From the IMG/VR virus record IMGVR_UViG_3300050821_001343, positions 1 through 64,000 of that record: DNA of 64,000 nucleotides; one strand, written 5' to 3'. The stretch's first letter is position 1. Each line of letters begins with the position of its first letter. Both the position numbers and the translations under genes were made by a program. The stretch comes from a virus. Below the pieces are notes generated by a model. That model saw only the letters and a list, made by a program, of their open reading frames with translations. It had not been told where the DNA came from and did not search any database. Shown piece by piece: positions 16,582-27,009 of this stretch.

Positions 16582-17092
16582 GATTTATAACAACGTTTTC
16601 GTAGGCGGTGACGAGTTTTATGAATCGGTTAAAAATAAACCCGGATGGTCCTTCCTTAGATGTGCAAAATATGGACCTGACTGTCATCAACAACTATTAG
16701 GATACCATACACGACAAGCGCCCAAGGGTCCTAATTACTTGTTTTTTAGGAAAAATGAACATCTGGCTGCGCTTAATCTTGTGGACATAGACGATCCTAA
16801 TTACTTTCACTGGGATTGTATAAAACCGGGATTAGATTTTATAAAAGAACGGCTGGATGCAGGCGACAAAATCGCGGTTTGTTGCAATTCAGGCCACTCT
16901 CGCGGTCCTAGTATGGGTTTGATGTTCTTACGCAGCATGGGAGATTTGCCATACAATTTCCACAAATCTGAGCACGTGTATAAGACATTATATAGTTTGT
17001 ACGATCCCGGAATGGGAGTTCGTCAGTTTGCCAGATCACACTGGTCAGAATTAGAAGGAATGGAGTTAGCAAATGGCACAGAACCCCGGTGA
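16562..17092 (+). CDS. dual-specificity/tyrosine phosphatase
   Basis: CNSGHSRG (CX5R) P-loop. Confidence 0.85.
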   Translation: MSTHSHEIYNNVFVGGDEFYESVKNKPGWSFLRCAKYGPDCHQQLLGYHTRQAPKGPNYLFFRKNEHLAALNLVDIDDPNYFHWDCIKPGLDFIKERLDAGDKIAVCCNSGHSRGPSMGLMFLRSMGDLPYNFHKSEHVYKTLYSLYDPGMGVRQFARSHWSELEGMELANGTEPR

Positions 17093-17759
17093 CAATCTAG
17101 TAGACACACTCAAAAACACATTCGTGAAGCCTGTTCAAAACGTATTAGATACGGTTGGAAAGGTTGTACCGAGTTCGTTGATGCCGAAATCAAAACCAGC
17201 ACCTAGCGACCCGCAGCACGATCAAGATGTGATTAATGCTACTCATTCGTTTGGCGTGAAAGCGGGAGCAGGGGACAAGCAACCACCAGTAAAGGCCCAA
17301 ACCATGCCGTCCCACAAGAACGGCACTGATTACGTGAAGAAAACAGGGCCAGCGAAACTGCACAAAGGCGAAGCAGTTCTGAAGAAAACAGATGCCGACA
17401 AGTTAAGAGCGGCAAAGGGAAAAGGAATGGCAAAGAATAGTGCAATGGACGCCGTTGCTGGCGAGTTGGGTGGTAAGAAAGAAGCTACCCCGAAGAAAGA
17501 GATTGACCACATCAAAACCAAGAAAGCAAAGAGCGGCGGGTACATACACACGCATGTACATACCCATCCTGAGACTCATCCCAATGAGGAGCACGTTTCT
17601 TCAAACCAAGATCAGATGATCCAGCATATGATGCAAAACATGGGTACACCTAATCCCGGAGAAGCTGAAGCAGATGCAGGCCAGAGTGGGGTTCCCGGCG
17701 CAGCGGCGACACCCGGAGCGTCAGCGGGAGCACCACCAGCCGGACCCGTAGCGGCATAA
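17073..17759 (+). CDS. hypothetical protein, Lys/His-rich
   Basis: 228-aa ORF; GTDYV..TGPA.LHKGEAVL motif. Confidence 0.7.
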   Translation: MAQNPGDNLVDTLKNTFVKPVQNVLDTVGKVVPSSLMPKSKPAPSDPQHDQDVINATHSFGVKAGAGDKQPPVKAQTMPSHKNGTDYVKKTGPAKLHKGEAVLKKTDADKLRAAKGKGMAKNSAMDAVAGELGGKKEATPKKEIDHIKTKKAKSGGYIHTHVHTHPETHPNEEHVSSNQDQMIQHMMQNMGTPNPGEAEADAGQSGVPGAAATPGASAGAPPAGPVAA

Positions 17760-17767
17760 GGATCACC

Positions 17768-17968
17768 ATGGCAACTGAGAAGAAACACGAGGTATCGCTC
17801 TACCGAGCCATGCATCACTTGAACAAAGGCGGATTGCACCGCGCACTAGGAGTCCCGGAAGGACAGCCAATTCCTGCATCAAAACTTGCAGCGGCTAAGA
17901 ACTCAAAGAACTCCCACGTAGCGCACATGGCGCATTTCGCCGCAACAATGGAACATTTCAAACACTAA
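17768..17968 (+). CDS. small basic phage protein (GGLHRALGVPEG..IP..KL)
   Basis: AAGGA RBS; motif recurrent near packaging genes. Confidence 0.7.
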   Translation: MATEKKHEVSLYRAMHHLNKGGLHRALGVPEGQPIPASKLAAAKNSKNSHVAHMAHFAATMEHFKH

Positions 17969-17986
17969 CGTGTTACTTGGAGAGGT

Positions 17987-20038
17987 ATGCGTCTAGAAAA
18001 ACTTGCAGAATTGTACGAGACGTGTAGATACCAGCCTCACTATCATTACAAGGACTTGACGGATGTAGAGTTTCAAACAAAGGCAGAACTGAGTTTTAAG
18101 AAACTACCAGACGTTCAAAAGAAAAAGGTCGCCAAGAGTTGGGGCGAGAAACTTGACAAAGAGCAGATCGTTCTTTCTCCCGAGAAAGGACTTGAGACTT
18201 TGCTTAAATATCGCTTTCTTGCTCAAACGAACCTTTTCTTCATGTGCCATTTGCTTGAGAGCTACAACGCGACGACTTTGAACACGCACGAAGAGATTTG
18301 CAATGACTTCTTCGTACAGAAAGACCCGACATATATTACATTCGATCATTTTGCCGACCAATATACGGACCTTAAGCAGCGCATGTTGCTTGTTCCACGT
18401 GGAGGCTTTAAGTCGAGTTTGAATATGGCAGATTGCATTCAGTGGATCACGTGCTATCCTGCTATCACCATTGCTATTCTAACGGGCGTTTTACAACTTG
18501 CGAAAGACTTTGTGGGCGAAGTCAAACAACACTTCACCTACACCGAAACCGGACAATCTGACAACAAAGGAAAAATGTTGTACGGTGTCAGACAAATCAT
18601 GGACAAACAAACCGGAGATTGGTCAGACAGCCTATTCCAAGTTCTATTCCCAGAGCATTGCCTGTCCCCGTTAGAAGGCAATCAGCTTGAGTTTCAAACA
18701 CCAGCAGCCGAAGAGAAGAAAGAGCCTAGTGTAAGAGCAGCCTCTATTGACCAAGCTTTGTCTGGTAGTCACTATAACGTTTTGAAACTCGATGACGTTG
18801 TGACAAACGAGAATACCAAAACCGAGACTCGTATCAAGGACTGCAACAAGCAGATCAGCATTGACAACGGTCTATTGAACCCGAACGGGTTCTATGATGT
18901 CATCGGGACATGGTATGACGAACGCGATTACTACGGCGTCACAATTAAGAAAGAAGAGAAATTCGCAAAAGACCAAGGACTTCAAGGACTCTTAAAAGGC
19001 TCAGTAGATAGCGGACGATTTAACACTGCTGTGAGTTTCAAGATTTACCTAAGAGCCGCATGGTGGCCTACAGAGGCCGCAGCCAAGGCTGGTAAAATCG
19101 AAGAAGAGATGGTTAAGTCAGATTGGACTCTATGGTTTCCAGAACGACTGAGCTATGAGTTCCTGAAAGGTAAACAGCAGAACGATTCCGACGTTGACGA
19201 CGAGGACGGGGACACTGGGTATTTTGCTATCAAGTATCTCAACAACCCACGCAAGGCAAACCGAGTAAAGTTCCCACGAGAACTTTTGATTCGGCGCACC
19301 GTTCCTCACCGTGAACTTCCGCCACAAGGCATAATTGTTACCACAGTCGATACTGCCTACAGTACGAAATCATGGGCAGATTACACGGTCATAATGACCG
19401 CCCTAATCTTTGGAGGTAGGTTCTACATTATCAACATGGTGAGAGGCCGTTTCAATGAATATGACTTGCCAAAAATTATTGCCCAAACCGCTAACAGATG
19501 GAAGCCAAAACGAATTGCAATTGAAGACTCTGTTGGGGTTAAATGGATGGGTCGAGAACTTAGACGGGAGATGGATGCCCTTAGAATTTCCATACCAGTC
19601 GAATTCTGCTCCTTGGGACTTGGGTCTAAACTTCGAAGCAAACAGCTTAAAGCCAAGCCTGTACTCCGTCTACTAGGCGACGAGCGTATGTACTTCTCAA
19701 ACTCCTGCGAAGGACTAGAAGAGATTTACAACGAGATGGAGAAGTTCACCGGAACGAGTGATGACAAGCACGATGATATTGTGTCTGCAATTTCACTTTT
19801 GGTAGAGCAGTTCGGCGGGTATGCCGATATTGATAACCGTCTCAACTCTATCAACCAAGAGTATGCGGCAGATCAAAAATCGAAAGAAGCACACGACATG
19901 ATGTATTGTCTAGGTAGGTATGCAAAATATGCAACGCCAGATGATAGCCCAACTACAAATTTTCAAGTTGGACAGGCCGCACAAGCCTCACCTGTATCGG
20001 AACCATATGTTGACCCGCTTGCTGATTTGATGGGATAG
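17987..20038 (+). CDS. terL: terminase large subunit
   Basis: Walker A PRGGFKSS, Walker B LKLDD, GT coupling motif; RNase H-like DTA..DYT..HDD. Confidence 0.9.
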   Translation: MRLEKLAELYETCRYQPHYHYKDLTDVEFQTKAELSFKKLPDVQKKKVAKSWGEKLDKEQIVLSPEKGLETLLKYRFLAQTNLFFMCHLLESYNATTLNTHEEICNDFFVQKDPTYITFDHFADQYTDLKQRMLLVPRGGFKSSLNMADCIQWITCYPAITIAILTGVLQLAKDFVGEVKQHFTYTETGQSDNKGKMLYGVRQIMDKQTGDWSDSLFQVLFPEHCLSPLEGNQLEFQTPAAEEKKEPSVRAASIDQALSGSHYNVLKLDDVVTNENTKTETRIKDCNKQISIDNGLLNPNGFYDVIGTWYDERDYYGVTIKKEEKFAKDQGLQGLLKGSVDSGRFNTAVSFKIYLRAAWWPTEAAAKAGKIEEEMVKSDWTLWFPERLSYEFLKGKQQNDSDVDDEDGDTGYFAIKYLNNPRKANRVKFPRELLIRRTVPHRELPPQGIIVTTVDTAYSTKSWADYTVIMTALIFGGRFYIINMVRGRFNEYDLPKIIAQTANRWKPKRIAIEDSVGVKWMGRELRREMDALRISIPVEFCSLGLGSKLRSKQLKAKPVLRLLGDERMYFSNSCEGLEEIYNEMEKFTGTSDDKHDDIVSAISLLVEQFGGYADIDNRLNSINQEYAADQKSKEAHDMMYCLGRYAKYATPDDSPTTNFQVGQAAQASPVSEPYVDPLADLMG

Positions 20039-20045
20039 GAGCAAA

Positions 20046-22163
20046 ATGTCTTTACTAGAAGATCAGGCAGGTAATAAGGTTTCTCTCACACCACAAGACT
20101 ACAAAACAAACGGCGATTTGAACAATGTTGCCGCTGAAGTAGCATTGGTCATAGGAGCAGCCTCGAAAGCCGAAGCATTCATCCAGAACAAGCAGTACGC
20201 TCTGCTATGGAGAGATGCGGACTTGCTTTTTCAATCTCCTCGCCCAATGTCGGTGTACGAGAATACATACATCCTTGAGCCTAACGTTCAACGTTTTACA
20301 GTAGCTAAGGTTGTAAACTCAATTGTACCGCAACTCTATAAGGGACTTTTTTACCAAGACCCTCCAATGGTACTGCGTCCGCGTCCCGGCACATCGCAGA
20401 ATGTAATAGACGCCAAGACTTCAATGTTTTCGTACCTATTGGATGATTGCGATTTCAAGATGGAAACGAAGATGGGCCTTGAACAAATGGCGCATCTAGG
20501 AACCGGAATCTGGAAATGGGGAATTAAGTACAAAAAGATCATCACCAAGAAAAGAACAGCAACATCACATAAGGTTACGGCTGGTCCTGTAGGTGGTCAA
20601 TCAAATATAATTGTTCCTCGTGACGAACCACCCAATATCACAATAGAGGAGCGTTACGCCCCTAGACCGTACATTGAAAGTCGCCCCCTTGATAGAGTGC
20701 TTGTTGACCCACACACAGCGGTAGGCGACATCCGTAGATCAGATTTTGTAATTGACATGCGGTTCATGGATTTCTACCAGCTTCAGGACTTGATCAAAGG
20801 CATCGCAGAATTGCCAGAAGGTCATCCTGACAAAGAAGGGTGGACGCTGCCAACTGAATCAGAATTGAAAAGTTGGTTTATGCCGCCAACGGATGCAGGT
20901 CAGCTAGGAGAGTCCAACACTCAACAGGCCGCATATGTCACTGGCGTAGTACATCACTCAGAAGATATTAACCTAGAAGTTACTCCCGATCTTCTGATGA
21001 AGAAATTGGAAGTGCTCGAATATTGGGACAAACGAAGAAAGATCATTGTTGTCCAGCGCAAGAGAAAGCTTTACGCCGGGAAGAATACATTTGGAGTCAT
21101 CCCGTTCCTTTCAGCTAATTGGTGGAACAGACCAAGAGCATTTTACGGAATGGGACTGGGCCTGATTGTAGGACAAAACCAGCGCGTTGACCAAGGCACA
21201 ATTAACGCAATTCTGAAGATACTGTCATATGGTGTCAACCCTGTTTATTTGCGCAGACGTGATGCAAATGCACCGACGCAAATGATTCGCACGGGGTTAG
21301 GCAAAATCCTGACAGTTGACGGAGATATAAAAGATGCGTACGGGTTGTTGGAATCCCCCAAGGTTCCACCCGATGTGTGGTCAGCCCTGTCCGAGTCCGA
21401 GAAGGCTACGGAAAGTAGCTCAGGAGCCGATTCACAGCTTGTACAAGGCTCATCAGCAGGCCCAAGATCATCAATGGGGCGCACGGCAACTGGTGCTACT
21501 AACTTGGCTGGTGCTTCAGCGACACGACTTGACGGACCACTTGATAACTTTATCGAGCAAGTCTTCAAACCGTGGCTGTATATTCTGGACATGCTGGTAT
21601 TCGAATTTTTCTCTGATACAGAGATTTATCGAATTCTAGGGGAAGAGAAAGGAAAAGACTTCGAAATTGATCTACAAGAGTTCCACGATGGCGTGGTTGA
21701 ATTTGAGGTTCTAGCCGGTGCATCATTGGCCGCGAAGAGAACGATGAGTCAGTCAATGACACTGATTACGCAAATCTTCGAGAATCCTACAATTCAGGAA
21801 AACCTTGCAGACATTAACGAAGAGTACATTGACTTCAGACAAATTCTGAAGATGTGGATGGAAGCTAGCGAGTGGAAAGACTTCAACGATATTGTCAAGA
21901 AGATGACACCAGCGATGAAGGCTAAGAGACAGCAGCAATCAGCCGCAGCACAGCAACAATCGAAACTTGCAACTCAACAGGCTATTAGCAAGCAGAACGC
22001 AAGTCAGAAATCGCAAATCCAACAAGAGGCAATCCAAGGACGTATTCAAGAGAGATTGATAGTTGGAGCGGTTCTGAATAGTGCGAAAGGCGAGGCTAAC
22101 GAAGGCGCACCGGACGTAGGAGGTTTGGGCGGCGGTCCTGATGAGGAAGCAACAGTCGAGTAA
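20046..22163 (+). CDS. portal protein
   Basis: 705 aa directly after terL; GTGIWK, FYGMG and RTATG motifs; Gln-rich C-terminal barrel. Confidence 0.85.
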   Translation: MSLLEDQAGNKVSLTPQDYKTNGDLNNVAAEVALVIGAASKAEAFIQNKQYALLWRDADLLFQSPRPMSVYENTYILEPNVQRFTVAKVVNSIVPQLYKGLFYQDPPMVLRPRPGTSQNVIDAKTSMFSYLLDDCDFKMETKMGLEQMAHLGTGIWKWGIKYKKIITKKRTATSHKVTAGPVGGQSNIIVPRDEPPNITIEERYAPRPYIESRPLDRVLVDPHTAVGDIRRSDFVIDMRFMDFYQLQDLIKGIAELPEGHPDKEGWTLPTESELKSWFMPPTDAGQLGESNTQQAAYVTGVVHHSEDINLEVTPDLLMKKLEVLEYWDKRRKIIVVQRKRKLYAGKNTFGVIPFLSANWWNRPRAFYGMGLGLIVGQNQRVDQGTINAILKILSYGVNPVYLRRRDANAPTQMIRTGLGKILTVDGDIKDAYGLLESPKVPPDVWSALSESEKATESSSGADSQLVQGSSAGPRSSMGRTATGATNLAGASATRLDGPLDNFIEQVFKPWLYILDMLVFEFFSDTEIYRILGEEKGKDFEIDLQEFHDGVVEFEVLAGASLAAKRTMSQSMTLITQIFENPTIQENLADINEEYIDFRQILKMWMEASEWKDFNDIVKKMTPAMKAKRQQQSAAAQQQSKLATQQAISKQNASQKSQIQQEAIQGRIQERLIVGAVLNSAKGEANEGAPDVGGLGGGPDEEATVE

Positions 22164-22357
22164 GAACGTGGGTCTATGGAAAACTCCTTGCGTGGATACG
22201 GCGTATCTATTACGTGAGGACCACCGCACGACTGCGGATTATAAATCGTCCCATAGACTCGGTATGCAACTGTTCATCGAGAGATGTGGCACCTAAGCGG
22301 CACGTCTTAATGGAGAGGCTTATAGTCGTCTCATGAACGAATTCCACAAAGGAGAGT

Positions 22358-22729
22358 ATGGAACAAGATTTTTTCAAGGATTTCAACCCAGAGGTAGGGT
22401 TGAATCAGGATGAAGCGTCCCAGTTGGCAGCATTAACTGCCCATCCGGGATTCAAAACCATCCAGAAGATTTTTCGTTGCGGCGTAGACAGTTTCGCTGT
22501 AGCGATGCTCAACACCGATCAAGCGACACCAGAATTGGTTTTAGCACGACACAACGCAGCCAGAACCGCTGCACAGTTTTACACTTGGGTTATTTCGAGG
22601 ATCAACCACGTCAAGGAAGATTACATCAACTCGATACCCAGTAACAAGCCGATTGAATCGGTTGAAAATTTGGACCTTGGTGATGAAACCACGGTTGAGG
22701 AAATTGGCACTGAGGAGAGCCTATTCTAA
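22358..22729 (+). CDS. hypothetical head-module protein
   Basis: AAGGAG RBS; L.AHPGF motif; lies between portal and scaffold. Confidence 0.7.
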   Translation: MEQDFFKDFNPEVGLNQDEASQLAALTAHPGFKTIQKIFRCGVDSFAVAMLNTDQATPELVLARHNAARTAAQFYTWVISRINHVKEDYINSIPSNKPIESVENLDLGDETTVEEIGTEESLF

Positions 22730-23685
22730 TGGCAAACGAGATACAGGTAGAAACTCCAGTTGAGAAGGTACACAACTACCAGCCGACTGATGATGAAGGA
22801 AGGCCAATTGGCGGAAAACAGGTAATTAAGTACACGACTCAAGATGAGTTGGTTCAGAAGCTAGAACAACAGACCGTTCTTCTTATTCGTAAACTGCGTC
22901 AAGAGACAAAGAAAAACAGACTAGGGATTGTTGAAGATGAGGTCATTTCTGACGACGCGCAGAGGTTTGATGGGCCAATTGAATTCAACCCCGTCGAACT
23001 AAGCGAAGATCAGCGTTATGACATTTCCCGTAGACTGCTTGATCCAACCACTGCCTCCGATGCTACTTCAGAACTCGTTGAAGCCCGTCTTGGAGCACCG
23101 CTGGATTTAATTGGCAAGACTCTCCGGGACATGCAGCAAAAGACCATTAACCTACAAGCGAAGATTGAAGCCGGTGCGTTCATTGCCGACAACCCGGACT
23201 ATTACCGTTGTAATGAGAATTTCGAAGCAATTGCTGCTTGGATTTCTCGTTACGGTCTAGCCCCTGTCAAGGCAAATTTCCAAAAAGCCTATGACACTTT
23301 GAAGGCGCAGGGAATTCTCATTAACGGTGCGGCACCAGACCCCGTGATTATTCCGGTTGTAGAACCAATCGTTGATGATCAGCCTCTTCGTGAAGAGATT
23401 CCGGTAGAGAATCAAGTCCCTGTGGAAGTTGCCCCTGCACCACCTGTACATCGTATTCCAAGTGGACTGACAAGAGAAAATGCCTCAGATACCGGACAGA
23501 CTGTGAAGCCCGCCAGCGACATTGTATTTGAATTCACTCAGAACGGACAGAAAACTGTCCTCACTGGACTTGCGGCTGTATCTGCAATGCCAAGTGAGGA
23601 ATATAAACGCCGCCTTCTAACTGACAGGACATTCGCTAAGAAGGTTGAACAACTTGAAGCTGATGCAAAAAAGCCGAGACGATAA
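22729..23685 (+). CDS. putative scaffolding protein
   Basis: acidic, helical with a Pro-rich linker; upstream of the capsid gene. Confidence 0.6.
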   Translation: MANEIQVETPVEKVHNYQPTDDEGRPIGGKQVIKYTTQDELVQKLEQQTVLLIRKLRQETKKNRLGIVEDEVISDDAQRFDGPIEFNPVELSEDQRYDISRRLLDPTTASDATSELVEARLGAPLDLIGKTLRDMQQKTINLQAKIEAGAFIADNPDYYRCNENFEAIAAWISRYGLAPVKANFQKAYDTLKAQGILINGAAPDPVIIPVVEPIVDDQPLREEIPVENQVPVEVAPAPPVHRIPSGLTRENASDTGQTVKPASDIVFEFTQNGQKTVLTGLAAVSAMPSEEYKRRLLTDRTFAKKVEQLEADAKKPRR

Positions 23686-24096
23686 ATGATTCGCCGTGCA
23701 ACCTCGCAGGATTATCCTGCTATCTACGCCATTGAGAAAGCATGTTTTGAGGACCCAATCCCCAATTATGAAATGCTCCCGGTGCTGCAAGAGGGGAACA
23801 CATGGGTCGTTGAAGAGGACGGTAAGATAGTAGGTTGCTTGATGGCAGCTTATACTTATGCGGTGCAAATTTACTCAATCGCAATTCTCCCTGAGTTTCA
23901 GAAAAAGGGATTCGGTTGGGACTTGCTCTCTGCTTTCCAAGATTTTTACAAAGGGTATGGATTGACTTATCTGCATGTTGATAAGACAAACCCCGCCCAA
24001 AACCTGTATCAGAAATTTGGGTACAAAGTTGTAGATGAAGCAATTGATTACTATGGACCGGGCAAAGATGCATGGTACATGGTAAAATACCTTTAG
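23686..24096 (+). CDS. GNAT (RimI-like) acetyltransferase
   Basis: IRRAT..D..AI.AIE..CF; SIAILPEFQKKGFG; N.AQNLYQKFGY. Confidence 0.88.
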   Translation: MIRRATSQDYPAIYAIEKACFEDPIPNYEMLPVLQEGNTWVVEEDGKIVGCLMAAYTYAVQIYSIAILPEFQKKGFGWDLLSAFQDFYKGYGLTYLHVDKTNPAQNLYQKFGYKVVDEAIDYYGPGKDAWYMVKYL

Positions 24097-24147
24097 GAGA
24101 TTGCAAATCCGGCATAGGGCCGGTCCCAGTCGCCTAACTAGCATTCG

Positions 24148-24238
24148 CAGTCGGATTACTGTAGAGCTACCAACGAGCGTGAGGCAACCCTGATTGAAGT
24201 CTTAGTCGGGGTCATTGAAAATCCCAGTCGGATTACTG
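24148..24238 (+). repeat. 14-bp direct repeat CAGTCGGATTACTG (x2, hairpin-forming)
   Basis: copies at 24148-24161 and 24225-24238 in the capsid gene leader. Confidence 0.85.
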
Positions 24239-24327
24239 GAGAGAAGTAAGTGACGCAAAAGGACATGGAGTTCTATTCTCTGGGAGGAGAATACGAATAG
24301 ATTTTCCACTATAAGGAAAATACTAAC

Positions 24328-25359
24328 ATGGCTTTTAGTCCATCTAGTAATAGTCAGTCAAATCTGCCTCAGTCAACGGTGCGTTACTACGACAAGAAAT
24401 TCCGTGAGAACTTGAAGGCACAAACTCCGTTCGTAGCATGTTCTGAGCGTCTTGATCTACCCATGAAGTCGGGTAACCAGTACGAGCTATTCATGTACGT
24501 GCCTCTAGCAGCCAACACAACTCAGACAACTGAGGGTACTGTTGGTAGCGGTATCTCGGTCAATGTTCTTACCACAACCTCAACAATTGGTGAGTACGCT
24601 GATTACGCTAACTTCTCAAGTCTGTCACTTGCTACCGCAATCGACAACACAGTTGAGAACGTAGCGCGTGAACTTGCATACCGCCTTGGCGAGTCTCTAA
24701 GCGGTCTTGTCCGTGCAACTGCTGACGGTGCAAACGCGGTTGACTCTTCAGTGCTTGTAGAACTTGGAGCAACATCACTAACTGCATTTACGACTCTCAG
24801 CCTCAACCAGATTCGTAACTCTGTGCAGAGCCTTGCAGGTCGTTCGGTTCGTCCGTTCGATGAGGGTTCAAAGACATTCGCTGGTGTAATTCACCCGTTT
24901 GCTCTTGGCGACGTTCTTGCTGACAACAGCAACGACTCACCGATTGACATCCTGAAGCACACCCCAGTGGGTCTAGCACGCATGGAAGACCTGATTTCTG
25001 TTGACTTGACAGAAATGATCGAATTGCCTTCAACCGGCGTTCGTTTCTTCCAGACCAACCAAGTCACCAGCACTGCGAACTATAAGGCGGTAACAGGGCT
25101 AACCGCTCTGCGTACTTATATCTTCGGACGTGACGGCATCTTCTCTATCAAGCTTGGCGCACAGGGAGATACTGGTTTCGGTGACGGTGAGTGGCAGAAC
25201 ATCAAGTGCAACATCGTGCAGAATGCAGCACCAACGGTTGCTGATCCAGAAGGTCTAATCCCCGGATGGACAAGCTATCGTGTACACTTCACGACTAGCC
25301 TTGGACCTGATACGACAATCCGTATCCGCGAAATCGACGCGGCTTCAGCAATCAGCTAA
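24328..25359 (+). CDS. major capsid protein (N4-gp56-like)
   Basis: 343 aa; LPMKSG, TEG, IHP and YIFG..G features; position after the scaffold. Confidence 0.85.
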   Translation: MAFSPSSNSQSNLPQSTVRYYDKKFRENLKAQTPFVACSERLDLPMKSGNQYELFMYVPLAANTTQTTEGTVGSGISVNVLTTTSTIGEYADYANFSSLSLATAIDNTVENVARELAYRLGESLSGLVRATADGANAVDSSVLVELGATSLTAFTTLSLNQIRNSVQSLAGRSVRPFDEGSKTFAGVIHPFALGDVLADNSNDSPIDILKHTPVGLARMEDLISVDLTEMIELPSTGVRFFQTNQVTSTANYKAVTGLTALRTYIFGRDGIFSIKLGAQGDTGFGDGEWQNIKCNIVQNAAPTVADPEGLIPGWTSYRVHFTTSLGPDTTIRIREIDAASAIS

Positions 25360-25425
25360 TAACTGAGCTAGGCATTTTCGGTTCACTTAAGGGGCGGGTG
25401 CTCTCGCCCCTACAAAGGAGAAAAA

Positions 25426-25938
25426 ATGGGTTTACTAAATCAAGTATTTCAGGGCAATCCTAACATCCTTGGCGATGTTGCAGCGGGCGGTAGTTCAATC
25501 GCCCCCAACGTTGGCATCGACACTGTGGATGGGACATTGTTTCTGAGCGCAGGTAACGGATGGGTGCCCCTATCGGGTGTGGCTCAGAAGGCAGTCGCTT
25601 CAGCACAGGTAGCAAACAATGCTAACGTGCTGACTTTTACTGCTCCTGTAAACGGTCTGTATGAGGTTAATCTTTATGAAGTATCGACTAACGCTCCAAC
25701 GGCTGCTACACTTCCTGCCATTACAGTAACATATACTGATCTGGATTCTAATGCATCAGTAACGGACACCCTAGCAGATGTCGCTTCAGTTGGCGCGGCT
25801 GGTGTGGTTAACCAAGGATCGTTCCTCGTAAACGTCAAGGCAGGCGGAACAATAGTTGTCGCAACGACAAGCTATGCTGCCGGAAGTGGTACGGCACTCG
25901 CTTACACAGTTAAAGCCCGTGTAAGTTATCGCGGCTAA
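25426..25938 (+). CDS. putative capsid decoration protein
   Basis: immediately after the MCP; beta-rich; AAGGAG RBS. Confidence 0.6.
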   Translation: MGLLNQVFQGNPNILGDVAAGGSSIAPNVGIDTVDGTLFLSAGNGWVPLSGVAQKAVASAQVANNANVLTFTAPVNGLYEVNLYEVSTNAPTAATLPAITVTYTDLDSNASVTDTLADVASVGAAGVVNQGSFLVNVKAGGTIVVATTSYAAGSGTALAYTVKARVSYRG

Positions 25939-25955
25939 TAGGAGAAAAATAAAAA

Positions 25956-26930
25956 ATGGCTAACGTTCAAGAATCATATCCTACCCAAACGACAGGTTTG
26001 GGAGTGGCCGCAAAGATTTCCGTTCTGGGTAATCTAGCCGGGGGAACAGCGGTTCCCGGTTACAACGATATTTGGCTTTCGGTTTCAGGGGCCACATACA
26101 ACGGTGTAACTTATCCATCAACTTTCCAGCTTAATCCGCAACTTCAGGATGTTGCTGGAAACGAAATCACCTTTGGTACAAGTTTCGTACTGTCCTCAGT
26201 GGCAAGTTCCAGCGGCAACACAGCCGTCTACACAGGTACTATCGGCGTAAAAGCTAATAGTCTTGTTGGTCAGACCTTTGTGGTCGCAGGGTTCGTAACC
26301 CACGCAAGTAACAACGGGACATTCATTTGTACCGCCAATAACGGAAGCACAACCATTACCCTTGAGAACGCCGCTGCGGTGTCAGAAAGCGCATCAGCAA
26401 CAGCTACCTCTCAGGAGTCAAATGAGAATGTATTTGTGCTATCGGCTGCTGCTAACGCAAGCGCAGGGACAACTGTCTACACCGGCACCATCGGTGTTGC
26501 AGCAAATAGTCTTGTGGGCAAGACGGTTCTTATTGCAGGATTTGTAACACATACTGTCAACAACGGTACATTTGTGGTCACCGCCAATAACGGAAGCACA
26601 ACTATCACTGTTGCGAACACAGCAGGTGTTGCTGAGTCTGCTGCATCGACAGCTACCACAGAGCCACAGGATTCCGAGCTAACTTATGTCGTATATCCTG
26701 CAAAGACACTGACAGGCAACACCTATCAGCCTTTGGGCACAAGCACTGCTATTGCCACTGTGTCATCGAGCGGCCTGCTTACAGCAGTTGCTCCGGGTGG
26801 AGTTGAAGTTGAAGTTTCGTACCCAACCTTCGACAACACCATCGGAGACATTGTTTCTAGCGGCAATCCGATGAATGGTCTGCCAGTCAACAAGATTTTC
26901 GCGGCCATCAATCTGACAGTGTTCCCCTAA
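25956..26930 (+). CDS. Ig-like virion protein with an internal ~80-aa tandem duplication
   Basis: IATVSSSGLLTAVAPG (Big_2-like); repeated YTGTIGV.ANSLVG...AGFVTH..NNGTF. Confidence 0.75.
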   Translation: MANVQESYPTQTTGLGVAAKISVLGNLAGGTAVPGYNDIWLSVSGATYNGVTYPSTFQLNPQLQDVAGNEITFGTSFVLSSVASSSGNTAVYTGTIGVKANSLVGQTFVVAGFVTHASNNGTFICTANNGSTTITLENAAAVSESASATATSQESNENVFVLSAAANASAGTTVYTGTIGVAANSLVGKTVLIAGFVTHTVNNGTFVVTANNGSTTITVANTAGVAESAASTATTEPQDSELTYVVYPAKTLTGNTYQPLGTSTAIATVSSSGLLTAVAPGGVEVEVSYPTFDNTIGDIVSSGNPMNGLPVNKIFAAINLTVFP

Positions 26931-26945
26931 GAAATAAATAATGAA

Positions 26946-26978
26946 CAAAGAGGCTCGCTACGGTTGGGAGCCTCTTTG
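26946..26978 (+). terminator. intrinsic terminator-like hairpin
   Basis: CAAAGAGGCTC/GAGCCTCTTTG. Confidence 0.6.
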
Positions 26979-27009
26979 AGCATTAGTATTCTTAATACTG
27001 GAGGGTATT

